Numbered from the whole stretch's first letter, positions 10,101-19,016 are shown. The stretch: 63,095 bases of DNA, filler included, from 7 parts of 7 records of this genome joined end to end with filler, not necessarily neighbours in it; one strand, 5' to 3'. A program made the numbers and translations. Notes: generated from the letters alone by a model not told the origin.

Positions 10101-10807
10101 GGTGCAGGGTCATAGATAAATTCGCCCGCTCCGGGAATGATGTTCACCGCGCGGATTTTGCTTTCCACATCGCTCAGCGTCTTGAACACCTCGAACGAGA
10201 GCTGCGGCACGCGATTGCCGAAAGGCGACAGATCCATATCCTCAAATACGATATAGGCCGTGCCGCGATAGGCCGGTGCGTTGCCTTCCACAATCTCGAT
10301 CAATGGATCTGGTGCTTGCGTATCGTCACCATTATGCAGCCGCCAATTGATCCCCGACAGGTCTAGCGGCTTGCCATCCGCCCAGACACGCCCGACCCGT
10401 GTCACCACACCTTCGGCAAGCCCCACGGCCAGCGACACGCTGTAGCTATATTCGGTATAGCTCGCACCACCGCCACCGCCCTTGCCGCCGCCGGTTGATG
10501 TGGTTGCCGCATGTTCACGAAAATCCGTCGCCCAGATCACCTGTCCGGCCAGTCTTGCGCGGCCATAAAGACGTGGCAGCGCGGCACCCTCGGTTGAAGC
10601 CATCACCTGGAGGCTTGTCAGACGCGGGCCTTGCCCATGTGCAACAGCCGGTCCGAAAAGTTTGGCATCCACATAGGCGCCGATACCGGTGCCGATAGCA
10701 CTGCCAATCGCCGCGCCCGTCACTTGGGCGCCCAGAATGTTTACACCGGCAGGCAGCAGCGCATTGCCGAGCACCGATCCGGCGGTCGATAGAAGAAGTG
10801 TGGCCAT
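7126..10807 (-). CDS. GTA baseplate multidomain protein (megatron, g15-like; TIM-barrel plus phage-tail_3), 3'-truncated
   Basis: G-P-R-L, PAYRGTAY, FGNRVPQLSFEV, GGTPSD, YAADWSE, WDARPFP, GHWLNGR motifs. Confidence 0.92.
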
Positions 10808-10839
10808 GAAGACCTCTGATCAGGAGAATGAAGTGACGT

Positions 10840-11286
10840 TCAGGTCGCGGCAGGCGGAAAGCGGAATGCAAAAGCGATCTTTGATTTCCATGCGCGTCCA
10901 AGATGCGTTTCCACAACCGCATGGCCGCTATAGGCGTGGATCATGCGATCAGCTCCGCTCAGAATGGCCGCATGTTTTGCCGGTCCCCGTGCCCGCATAC
11001 GAAACAGCAGCACGTCGCCGGCGGCGGCCTCTTTCGGATCAATCTCAATCAGATGCCGCCTTGCACCCTCCGCCATCGTCTCGGCCAGTACCCCGCCTCC
11101 GGGTGTCTCTGCCCAGAATTGCGTGTATGCGGGCGGTGTCTCCGGTTCTCTGCCGTAAATTTCACGCCAGACACCGCGCACCAGTCCCAGACAATCCGTG
11201 CCCGCTCCCTTGCAACTTGCCTGATGATGGTAGGGCGTGCCGATCCAGCCGCGGGCGGCTTGCACAATCTGGTCGCGCTCACTCAT
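10840..11286 (-). CDS. NlpC/P60 phage cell-wall peptidase (g14-like)
   Basis: ARGWIGTPYHHQ, GTDCLGL, KH, IHAY. Confidence 0.92.
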   Translation of the reverse strand: MSERDQIVQAARGWIGTPYHHQASCKGAGTDCLGLVRGVWREIYGREPETPPAYTQFWAETPGGGVLAETMAEGARRHLIEIDPKEAAAGDVLLFRMRARGPAKHAAILSGADRMIHAYSGHAVVETHLGRAWKSKIAFAFRFPPAAT

Positions 11287-12136
11287 TGCCGCCTCCGCCG
11301 GGATAGGACATGACAAAATCATTTCCAGGCATATGTGGAAAGCCGCGAAAGTTGTCACCATTGGCGAATTTTTCCACGCAGGTCGAAAATTGTTTGTCAC
11401 ATCCTGCCGTCACCGAAAACGTGTCGCCCACTTCCACAGCGCGCGGCATGGCCTGCCATAGATCAATCACCGCGCCGTCTTGCGTCCTGGCGTGAAGCCG
11501 AACTTCCATCGAAGCGCCGTCATTGGCGCCGGAGGTGAATTGCAGCCGCCCCCGTGTGAACCAGTCCTCAGCATAGGCATCAAGCCCGCTTGCAGTGATA
11601 ATCCGATTGTCTTCCACTCCCGCCACCGTGCCGGATGTGGCCGCGAGCGTCACGCAACAGCGCAGGTCGCCCAAATCGGCATCACAACCATATTGATAGA
11701 GCCGTCCCACCGGCTGGTTCAGCCGATGTGCCAGCCCGCGCAATTCGGCAGCGAAGCCCGTCGCGCCGCGTGTCACCTCGCCCAGATTGCCTTTGCGCAG
11801 CAACACCCTTTGGTCTGTGTCCTGCCAGTTTACGCGCCAGATTTCGATTTCTGCATTGTCAAACAATCCGGCCACCAGATCGTTCTCGCTCAGTCTGTCA
11901 GACATGAGCGCACCGAGAATATCGAGATTGTCCACCGCCAGACCGGACGAGCTTTCCACCGCACTTGCGCCGAAGCCCGCCGCCGCCTCAAATCTCATTC
12001 CATCGAATTTGAGATCATCATCATGGTCGGTAAAACCCATCACTGTTCCGTCGCGCCGCGTCAGTTTCCAGACATGGCAGAGCGTTGTCGCACCGCTGTC
12101 GAGATGCACCTGCAAATCCGCTGAAAGTGTTTTCAT
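11279..12136 (-). CDS. Baseplate hub DUF2163/BR0599 (g13-like)
   Basis: GFTDHD, CDADLGD, AGCDK...C, NFRGFPHMPG. Confidence 0.92.
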   Translation of the reverse strand: MKTLSADLQVHLDSGATTLCHVWKLTRRDGTVMGFTDHDDDLKFDGMRFEAAAGFGASAVESSSGLAVDNLDILGALMSDRLSENDLVAGLFDNAEIEIWRVNWQDTDQRVLLRKGNLGEVTRGATGFAAELRGLAHRLNQPVGRLYQYGCDADLGDLRCCVTLAATSGTVAGVEDNRIITASGLDAYAEDWFTRGRLQFTSGANDGASMEVRLHARTQDGAVIDLWQAMPRAVEVGDTFSVTAGCDKQFSTCVEKFANGDNFRGFPHMPGNDFVMSYPGGGGNE

Positions 12137-12139
12137 CGC

Positions 12140-12778
12140 TCACACCCTCACTTCTATAATGGGAATATTGGGCACGGAGCCTGCCTCGAAAGCTGCCAGA
12201 TTGATCTCCAGAAAATCCGTGTCGAAGCGCACAGGCACATCAAAGGCAAAACCCGCCGTTACCTCCGCTCCCTCTGCCGGTTCGTGACCGTCGGCAAAAC
12301 TCACAATCCCGCTTGCTGCATCAAGCGTGAAATCCGTGCCCTCGCTTTGCAATGTGCCATCCACGGCCAGCAGCAGACTGCCTGCCACCGGCTTTGTGAT
12401 TTTGCGCGTCCAGCTGGCGCCGCCCGATGTGTAGCTTTTGACCAGCGCGAATGTTGTCATCGTGCCATCGCCCGTGCCGATCAGCTGGTCATCGGCTTGC
12501 GGCGTTTGTGCCGGTGCGCAGGATTTCCAGTCGGCGCGGTCCTTCCAGCGAAAGCCGGTCAACCGACCCCGCCGCGCCTCGAAGAAGGCGATCAGCTCAT
12601 GCACATCATCCAGCGAGCGCAATCCATAGCCCGCATTATATCGCCGCCGCGACCCCGCCCAGGGCGAGTTGCGCTCTTCAAAGCCCGAACCAAGCGTGAC
12701 GATTTCAGTGCGTCGTTCCGGCCCGCCTGTTGCGCCCAGCGCAATCTCGACGGGAAAGCGGATCTCATGGAAATTCAT
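12140..12778 (-). CDS. Distal tail protein DUF2460/TIGR02217 (g12-like)
   Basis: FHEIRFP, GGPERRTEIV, FFEARRG, FDVPVRFDTD. Confidence 0.92.
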   Translation of the reverse strand: MNFHEIRFPVEIALGATGGPERRTEIVTLGSGFEERNSPWAGSRRRYNAGYGLRSLDDVHELIAFFEARRGRLTGFRWKDRADWKSCAPAQTPQADDQLIGTGDGTMTTFALVKSYTSGGASWTRKITKPVAGSLLLAVDGTLQSEGTDFTLDAASGIVSFADGHEPAEGAEVTAGFAFDVPVRFDTDFLEINLAAFEAGSVPNIPIIEVRV

Positions 12779-12791
12779 TCTGTGCCCTCGC

Positions 12792-13433
12792 TCACATATT
12801 CCGCTGACCGCGCGCCGCCACACGCGCCATCATCGCAGCAATCTGGGTTTCAGAGCGCCGGAAGCTCTCGGCATCTTGTGCCGTTACATTGAAAACAATG
12901 TTGGGTGCGGTCCCGCCGCCATTTGCAGCCACCCCCAGTCGACCGTCGCTGCCACGCGCCAAAGGCATGATGGCCTCGGCTCCCGCCTCACCCATTAATC
13001 CGGTGCCGCCACGCAATGGAAAGAGCATCGGGCTTGCCACCACGCCGCCCTTGGCAAAGGGCTTCACGCGTCCGCCTGCCACCACATTGCCGTCAGCATT
13101 GGGTACCACACTGTTCAGACCATTACCGAGCGAGCTTCCGATCGAATTGCCAATCGACGTGCCGATGGATTTCGTCACATTACTCAGCGCCATACGCGAC
13201 AGGTCCAAAGCAAGATTTTTCAACGTATCGCCAAGCGATTTGCCTTTCAGCGCCACATCATCAAAAGCACCGGACAAGGCGCGGCCAAAGTCCCGCCCGC
13301 CTGCACCCGCGCGCCTGTATTCGCTCGCTACACCAGACAAAGTGCGCGTCGTCTCCACACCAAAAGCCTGTGTCGCAGCGCGCGCCGCATCCATCGCCGC
13401 TGTCAGTGCGACAGGGCCATTCGGATCAGCCAT
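12792..13433 (-). CDS. Short tail tape-measure protein (g11-like)
   Basis: 213 aa, PFAKGGVV, GLMGEAGAEAIMPL, FRRSETQIAA. Confidence 0.9.
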   Translation of the reverse strand: MADPNGPVALTAAMDAARAATQAFGVETTRTLSGVASEYRRAGAGGRDFGRALSGAFDDVALKGKSLGDTLKNLALDLSRMALSNVTKSIGTSIGNSIGSSLGNGLNSVVPNADGNVVAGGRVKPFAKGGVVASPMLFPLRGGTGLMGEAGAEAIMPLARGSDGRLGVAANGGGTAPNIVFNVTAQDAESFRRSETQIAAMMARVAARGQRNM

Positions 13434-13453
13434 AATTTTTATCCTTCAGATTT

Positions 13454-13684
13454 TTACCGACAAAGCGCGCGGGCTTCCTCACGCAACCGGCCATAGTCGG
13501 CCAGCATGCGGGCGGTCACTGCGTTCCTGTCCATTTGTGCCAAGTCTTCAGCCGCTTCTGCCTGCTCCGTGACGGAGTAGCTCGCCACATATAGGCACAG
13601 CCTGTCAGAAGCGCCCTTCGCGCATCCATTGAGCGGCATCAGCGACATTGCGAGGACCGCGCTCGCTTGCGTCACGTATCGCAT
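13454..13684 (-). CDS. Putative o-spanin (Rz1-like) lipoprotein
   Basis: ATG 13684 after GGGAGAG, lipobox LNG-C21, two further Cys, 76 aa, start embedded out of frame in the upstream gene. Confidence 0.65.
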   Translation of the reverse strand: MRYVTQASAVLAMSLMPLNGCAKGASDRLCLYVASYSVTEQAEAAEDLAQMDRNAVTARMLADYGRLREEARALCR

Positions 13685-13808
13685 GTTCTCTCTCCCGCAA
13701 GGCTTCCAGCGCCGCAGCTCTCGCCCGCTCCCGCGCCCAGAGATAGGCGAGCAGGCCGGACGAAAACTCCGCCAGCACACCAACTATCTTTGCAACTAGC
13801 TCCATCAT
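13605..13808 (-). CDS. Putative i-spanin (Rz-like)
   Basis: N-terminal hydrophobic segment followed by R/E/A coiled coil; 80-nt overlap with the lipoprotein gene; ATGA-coupled to the upstream gene. Confidence 0.6.
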   Translation of the reverse strand: MMELVAKIVGVLAEFSSGLLAYLWARERARAAALEALREREHAIRDASERGPRNVADAAQWMREGRF

Positions 13809-14173
13809 GCCGCGCTGCTCGTAGCGTTCACTTGCAGGCGGGCTTCGATCATACGGCGCAAATGCTCGCCATTCAGCCCCAGCGCCTTCACAGCATCGGG
13901 CACATGCACCAGCACATAATTGACAGCGTCTGCGGCCAGCTCGCTTTTCACATCGAGTGTCAGCCGGTCCTTGCCCAGCGCCTCAAGCCGCGACATAGCA
14001 AAGGCAATGCCCATGGCCAAAGCCTTGTCGAGGATCTGCCCCAACTCGCCGTCACGCTTGGCTTTCAACCACTGGCATATTTTTGCAACCGCATAGGAGG
14101 CAAATGCGGTCAGCACAGCCAGCAGCATTTCACTCACCAGCGGCTGCAGTACCGCAAGATCAATTGTCGTCAT
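13805..14173 (-). CDS. Putative holin (LL-H-like, one TM)
   Basis: One N-terminal TM (MLLAVLTAFASYAVAKICQWL) followed by amphipathic helices with YVxxxVPDA; GGAG SD; lies upstream of spanin-like pair. Confidence 0.55.
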   Translation of the reverse strand: MTTIDLAVLQPLVSEMLLAVLTAFASYAVAKICQWLKAKRDGELGQILDKALAMGIAFAMSRLEALGKDRLTLDVKSELAADAVNYVLVHVPDAVKALGLNGEHLRRMIEARLQVNATSSAA

Positions 14174-14197
14174 TTTTTCACTCCGTTTGGAATAAGG

Positions 14198-14383
14198 TCA
14201 GTCAGGAAAATTTTCTCTCAGGGCTTCAAAGTCTTTCCGCGTCGGGCCTGTCGCGCGTCTGTCGGATACGCTTCCGGCCGCCGCACATAGCTCGGGCAAT
14301 GTCATGGCCCAGAAGTCGCGCGGCGCGAGGCGCAAATGACCGAGGCCAATTTCCATTGCGCGGGTCCATGGAAATTCTTTCAT
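14198..14383 (-). CDS. Tail assembly chaperone (TAC_6, g10.1-like)
   Basis: LRLAPRDFWAMTLPEL...FPD. Confidence 0.88.
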   Translation of the reverse strand: MKEFPWTRAMEIGLGHLRLAPRDFWAMTLPELCAAAGSVSDRRATGPTRKDFEALRENFPD

Positions 14384-14697
14384 GTCTCCCCGCCGCTAAA
14401 GGTGGCTGTCAGCAGATCGGCCACAATGGCGATATAGCCGGCGGCCCCGCCTTGCGTGCTCATCTGCGCGACATCCTCGTCACTCACACTTGCGCCTGCG
14501 CCGCGCAAGCCAGCGCCTATCACGCGGATCGCATCACGTGCGCCGATCCGACCACTTTCAAAGCGTGTCGCCAGTGCCAGCATATCCTCGCCGCCAAAGG
14601 CATCTTCCAGTTCGGCCAATGCGCCCAGCGTCAGCACCAGCACGCGCGTCTCGCCGCCAAGTGTCGCTTCGATCTCGCCTCGATGTCTGTTTGCCAT
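14380..14697 (-). CDS. GTA-gp10 tail assembly chaperone
   Basis: MANRHRGEI, LTLGALAELE, LLTATF. Confidence 0.92.
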   Translation of the reverse strand: MANRHRGEIEATLGGETRVLVLTLGALAELEDAFGGEDMLALATRFESGRIGARDAIRVIGAGLRGAGASVSDEDVAQMSTQGGAAGYIAIVADLLTATFSGGET

Positions 14698-14703
14698 TTC
14701 TGA

Positions 14704-15117
14704 TTACGCCGCTGTAAAGGACAAAGCGCCGGCGCTTTCCAGCGCCATGTCGAATGTCACTTCGCCATCATGCTCGCCTGCATATTCCAGCGCTGTGATC
14801 TGGAACGCCCCCTGCACGATGCCGAAATCTGGAATGATGACCTGCCAATTGCGGATCGCGGCATCGAAAAAAACCAGCCGCACATCTCCGTCCGATGTCG
14901 CGTCACGGAATATGCCGCGTCCGCTGATACTGGCCGAGCGCGCACCCGCACCTGCCAGCAGCTCGCGCCACTGACCGGCGGATTCCGCATGGGTCACATC
15001 TACCGCGCGCGCGTTGAACGCCAATGTGCGGGCACGCAATCCGGCCACTGTCACGAATGTGCCTTCGCCGCTTGCATCCAGTTTGACCAGCAGGTCCTTG
15101 CCTTTTTGAGCTGTCAT
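14704..15117 (-). CDS. Major tail tube protein, TP901-1 family (g9-like)
   Basis: AQKGKDLL, TVAGLR, WRELL, IPDFG, ESAG. Confidence 0.93.
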   Translation of the reverse strand: MTAQKGKDLLVKLDASGEGTFVTVAGLRARTLAFNARAVDVTHAESAGQWRELLAGAGARSASISGRGIFRDATSDGDVRLVFFDAAIRNWQVIIPDFGIVQGAFQITALEYAGEHDGEVTFDMALESAGALSFTAA

Positions 15118-15120
15118 TGC

Positions 15121-15552
15121 CTATTCCATTTCCTGCAATTTTTCGGTGACGGCGCGAAAGCGGATTGTGCCGCGCCAGGTTGTTCCGTCTGGCTCACGAC
15201 GTGTCTCTGCCTGTTCAAAACGCAGATTGACCAGCGCATGACCTTCCAGCGTCAGTGCTGCGTCGTGCAATGTGCCCTGCACCGCACCCATGATGGCTTT
15301 GACCTCGGCACGCCCGCCGCCGCGCGACAGGGCATGCAGTACCAGCAAGTGTTCGGCCCCTTGGCTCTCGCCCTCGCTCCAGTCGCTCACCCGCGCCTCA
15401 CCCAGCGCGATATAGGGAAAACCCGTGTCGCCGGGTACATTGTCGTATATGCGTGACGCCACCAGCCCCGTCACATTCGTCTCGCTTGTCAGTCGGGCAT
15501 AGACCGCGGCCTGCAAGGCAAGATCGGCGGATGCCGCCATGTCCCAGCTCAT
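15121..15552 (-). CDS. Tail terminator DUF3168 (g8-like)
   Basis: LQAAVYARL, IYDNVP, FPYIALG, L.GH.LVNLRF, FRAVTE. Confidence 0.9.
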   Translation of the reverse strand: MSWDMAASADLALQAAVYARLTSETNVTGLVASRIYDNVPGDTGFPYIALGEARVSDWSEGESQGAEHLLVLHALSRGGGRAEVKAIMGAVQGTLHDAALTLEGHALVNLRFEQAETRREPDGTTWRGTIRFRAVTEKLQEME

Positions 15553-15869
15553 GCCACACCGCCTTCGGCTGAAAGCTCCAGCCATTGCCGCCGCCCGTCA
15601 GGGTCTCTGACCGAGCGAATATTGAATGTCTCACCGCGCCATATGGCCCGCATGTCCGTGGTCACATCTCCGCGATAACGCAGAGTGATCGTGTGGCGCT
15701 GTCGGGCCTCCAGCTTTTCGCCCAGCACAGCTTCTGTGCCATTGCGCGATGCCACTTCCGCCCAGACAGTTGCCAGCGCCTCCCATGTCACATCCGTCCC
15801 GCCTGCACCGTCATTGCTGCGGGTCGGCGCCTGGATCGTCACACGCTCGCGCAGCTTCCCAGCCCTCAC
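15549..15869 (-). CDS. Head-closure / stopper protein (SPP1 gp16-like, g7)
   Basis: GKLRERVTIQ, DGAGG, W..TVWA, ITLRYR. Confidence 0.9.
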   Translation of the reverse strand: MRAGKLRERVTIQAPTRSNDGAGGTDVTWEALATVWAEVASRNGTEAVLGEKLEARQRHTITLRYRGDVTTDMRAIWRGETFNIRSVRDPDGRRQWLELSAEGGVA

Positions 15870-16423
15870 AGCCGCACCCTGCGGTAGGGTGCCACCAGCG
15901 CCGCTACGCTTATCGGCAATTCATGCACGCTCTGGCCCAGTGCCACAGGTTCGCGATTGTCAAACCAATATGCGACCAGCATCAGGATCGCCTGTTTCAG
16001 CGGTGCGGGCACATCTTCAGCGCCGCCATATCCGGCTGTGAAGCTGATCGCGATGCCACCCACGCGGTTCACAGGCTGCGGCCATGCCGCCCGTGGCATT
16101 ACACAAGGCGCATCACCGGCCAATGCCGCTTCATAGTTGGCAGGTGCCACCGTCACCGCATCATCATCCAGCGTGATCCCTGTCACTTCGCTCACGGGCG
16201 CGAATGGCAATGTCACTTTTGCCTCGGGCCAATTGTCGAGGATCAGTTTCCAGCTTTGCGTCATGAAGGCGCGGCGTGTGTCCGCCTCCAGCACCATGCG
16301 CGCCGATGTGATCAGCACACCCAGCAGCATGTCCTCTGTCTCATTATCCAGCCGCAGATAGGCGCGGGCCTCCGCCAGCGACACAGGCTCGCCCGCCGGT
16401 CCCGTCAAAAGATGTAATGCCAT
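15866..16423 (-). CDS. Head-tail connector (HK97 gp6-like adaptor, g6)
   Basis: EPVSLAEARAYLRLD, AGYG, VPAPLKQAILMLVAYWFDNR. Confidence 0.92.
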   Translation of the reverse strand: MALHLLTGPAGEPVSLAEARAYLRLDNETEDMLLGVLITSARMVLEADTRRAFMTQSWKLILDNWPEAKVTLPFAPVSEVTGITLDDDAVTVAPANYEAALAGDAPCVMPRAAWPQPVNRVGGIAISFTAGYGGAEDVPAPLKQAILMLVAYWFDNREPVALGQSVHELPISVAALVAPYRRVRL

Positions 16424-16445
16424 GTCTCACCCAAATTATAGTTTG

Positions 16446-16491
16446 AAAAATATCTGCTCCGGCCACCGGGGGGCAGGAAGCCGGAGCAGAT
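16446..16491 (-). terminator. Intrinsic terminator / stabilising hairpin after the capsid genes
   Basis: 12-bp perfect stem ATCTGCTCCGGC/GCCGGAGCAGAT followed by ATTTTT on the minus strand. Confidence 0.7.
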
Positions 16492-16509
16492 CCGCGAAGC
16501 AAACAGCCG

Positions 16510-16941
16510 TCAGGCTGTCGGCTTCACATGCGCTGCCCCCAGCACAGCCAGCGCCGATACAGGCGTACCATTGCTATGCGTGCCAGTAAGCAAAAGCCTT
16601 ACGCGGCTATAGCGGGCATGGCCCACATAGCCGATGCGATATTCCACCTGTGCGGCCTCGTCGCTCTCCACGCTTGCGAAAATGCCGTTCTCGTCGGGCA
16701 ATGCGCCCAGCACATGGCTCGCATCTGTCACGGCGGCCCAGTTGCTGCCGTCTTCGGAGGCTTCCAGTTTCACATCCGTTTTCACCGTGCCCGACAGCGT
16801 GTCGCCGCTCGCACCGAAGAGAACGATATGTTCCACCGCTTCAAACCCTGCGCGGTCCACAGGGGCGCCCGCACGGTTTGCCGTTGTCACGGCGGGGTCC
16901 AGTGTCTGCACGGTTTTGATATTGTGATGCAGGTCTTTCAT
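16510..16941 (-). CDS. Phage hypothetical protein, possible capsid decoration/cement protein
   Basis: Directly after the MCP with strong GGAGG SD; beta-rich; YRIGYVG.RY.RV motif. Confidence 0.75.
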   Translation of the reverse strand: MKDLHHNIKTVQTLDPAVTTANRAGAPVDRAGFEAVEHIVLFGASGDTLSGTVKTDVKLEASEDGSNWAAVTDASHVLGALPDENGIFASVESDEAAQVEYRIGYVGHARYSRVRLLLTGTHSNGTPVSALAVLGAAHVKPTA

Positions 16942-16954
16942 CTTTCACGCCTCC

Positions 16955-18301
16955 TTACGCTGTGCCGAATTTCAGAAGTTTCAGCGCCTCGAAATTCTGC
17001 ACGCCGCCGCCCACACGTTTTGTCGTGTAGAAAAGCACGTAAGGTTTCGAGCTATAGGGATCGCGCAGCACGCGCACGCCCAGCCGGTCCACGATCAGAT
17101 AGCCGCGTTTGAAATCGCCGAAGGCCAGCGCACAGGCATCCGTCGTCATGGAGGGCATGTCTTCTGCTTCCGTCACGGGATAGTTGAGCAGCGTCGGCGG
17201 GGCACCGGCGGCAATGCCGGGCTGCCAGAGATAATTGCCGTCAATATCCTTGAACTTGCGGATCGCTGATTGCGTCGCGCGGTTCATCACAAAGCGGCCA
17301 TTGGCGCGATAGCCCGCCTTCACCGCATAAACGAGGTCGATCAGAATATCGGCAGGGTTCGAAGCGGAGAAGGCACCGTTCGAGCCGGTCAGCAGATAGC
17401 CGAGCTTGCCATGGCTCCAGTCAGCGTCGGCCACTTTGTCATAGGAGAGAAAGCCACGCGGGCGGCGGATGCCGTCACCCGTCACAAAGGCCGCGCTTTC
17501 CTGTTCGGCAAAGGCGGTCTGCACTTCCTCCGCCAGCCACTGGTCGATATTCACTGCCGCATCGTCCAGCAGCGTCGAGGTTGCCGCCGGCATGGCATAG
17601 AGTTCCATCGCCGGAAACTCGATCTCGGAAAGCTGTGCGCTGTCTGTCTGCACGCGGCCTTCGCTCTCGCCCACCCAGCCGCTGGCAAAACCTGAAGTGG
17701 CAAAAGGCTTCTTGTAGCTTGCCGCCCCGATCTGGCGCACACCCGCAATGGCGCGGATGGGCGATGCTTCCGACACGATGCGGTCGATCATCCGTTCGGT
17801 TTCGGCTGGCACCAGATAGCCGCCATCAGGATCGGACTGGGCCGAAAGTGCCTTGGCTTCAAGGTGGCGCAGTTCATGTGTCTCGCCCTTGCGCACATAG
17901 GTGTCGAAGGCGCGTTTGTGTTCGCGCTTGGAGGGGTCGAGACGCGTCTGCATCTCGCCGCTCATATCCGGCCGCTGAAAGGCCAGCGTCAGCTCGTCCA
18001 CTGTCTTTTTCTGGCGGTCCAGCGCGCGGTTGATGCGCTCCACCTTGTCGTCTGTCACCACATCGGCGCTCATCTTGCGTTCGATCTGGTCGAGGCGCTC
18101 GTCATTGGCCTGTTTGAAATCCTCGAACGCGCCGAGGAAATCATCCAGCGCGTCACGCACTTCATGTGCCGCCGGTGTGCTTTTTGTTTCCAGCACGCCA
18201 TTGGCGCTTTTGGTTTCCAGCTTTCGCCCGTCATTTGCGCTGCGGGCATGCGTCTTCAGTGACGCCCCGATGCGCGGGACGCCTTTCTCGATTGCACTCA
18301 T
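16955..18301 (-). CDS. Major capsid protein, HK97 family (g5)
   Basis: DGGYLVP, ELYAMPAAT, FGDFKRGYLIVDR, RDPYSSKPYVLFYTTKRVGG. Confidence 0.96.
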   Translation of the reverse strand: MSAIEKGVPRIGASLKTHARSANDGRKLETKSANGVLETKSTPAAHEVRDALDDFLGAFEDFKQANDERLDQIERKMSADVVTDDKVERINRALDRQKKTVDELTLAFQRPDMSGEMQTRLDPSKREHKRAFDTYVRKGETHELRHLEAKALSAQSDPDGGYLVPAETERMIDRIVSEASPIRAIAGVRQIGAASYKKPFATSGFASGWVGESEGRVQTDSAQLSEIEFPAMELYAMPAATSTLLDDAAVNIDQWLAEEVQTAFAEQESAAFVTGDGIRRPRGFLSYDKVADADWSHGKLGYLLTGSNGAFSASNPADILIDLVYAVKAGYRANGRFVMNRATQSAIRKFKDIDGNYLWQPGIAAGAPPTLLNYPVTEAEDMPSMTTDACALAFGDFKRGYLIVDRLGVRVLRDPYSSKPYVLFYTTKRVGGGVQNFEALKLLKFGTA

Positions 18302-18322
18302 CGGTGCTCCTTTATCGTCTGG

Positions 18323-18880
18323 TCAGGATTTGAAAATTTGCGAAGCCAGGCGGAATGCCCGTGCCACGCCCACACTCGGGCCACCCGCTGTCATGCGGGC
18401 ACCCGCCTTCACCGCGCTCACACGCGCCTGCGGCAACATGGGAAATGTCACAACCGAGATTTCCCACAAGTCCACTTCTGTCAGCCTGCGCAAACCCGTC
18501 TTGCGATCCTGCTGCGCCTTGACCACGTGATAGCCGATGGACAATCCGTCAATCGCGCCTGCCCGCATCAAGCTCAACACCTCGCGCGAGCGCGCCACAT
18601 CGTCCAGCAATTGCCCACGCACGAAAAGCCCGCGCCGGTCTTCAGACAATGCAGTCCAGAAACCGATCGGCTCGGCAGGGTCATGCTGATAGAGCAGCTT
18701 CACGCCTCTCTGCCCGCGCTTTTTCAGCGATGTGCGAAACGCACCGGGCATCACCATGTCACGGCCCAGGTCTTCCGCACCGAACAGCGACGCATAGCCT
18801 TCAAAACTCCCGTCGCCCCCCACCGACTTGAAACTCACCCGCGTCGCCTTGCGCTCAATATTCTGCATCCGCTCGCTCAC
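18323..18880 (-). CDS. Prohead protease, HK97 family (g4)
   Basis: FEGYASLF, LLYQHD, DGLSIGY, LWEISVVTFPMLP. Confidence 0.95.
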   Translation of the reverse strand: MSERMQNIERKATRVSFKSVGGDGSFEGYASLFGAEDLGRDMVMPGAFRTSLKKRGQRGVKLLYQHDPAEPIGFWTALSEDRRGLFVRGQLLDDVARSREVLSLMRAGAIDGLSIGYHVVKAQQDRKTGLRRLTEVDLWEISVVTFPMLPQARVSAVKAGARMTAGGPSVGVARAFRLASQIFKS

Positions 18881-18914
18881 GCGACCTCCTGTGGGTTTTC
18901 AAATTTTGGACAAT

Positions 18915-18937
18915 AAAAAAGCACCCCGCGGGGTGCT
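18915..18937 (-). terminator. Intrinsic terminator inside the GTA cluster
   Basis: Palindrome AGCACCCCGCGGGGTGCT followed by a U-tract on the minus strand. Confidence 0.75.
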
Positions 18938-18955
18938 CAAACTTCGCTCTTGATT

Positions 18956-19004
18956 CCCCTCTCCCTCTGGGAAAGGGAAGGACCCGCTTGCGGGAGGGTG
19001 AGGG
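18956..19004. repeat. Alphaproteobacterial REP-like palindromic element
   Basis: CCCCTCTCCC..GGGAAAGGG...GGGAGGGTGAGGG architecture; single copy in the window. Confidence 0.6.
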
Positions 19005-19016
19005 TCTTGTCTTGCC

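Noticed and set aside
14370-14410. Programmed -1 frameshift between tail chaperones (lambda G/GT style)
   Set aside because: No XXXYYYZ slippery heptamer at the junction; the genes are joined by an ATGA overlap with their own GGGGAG SD.
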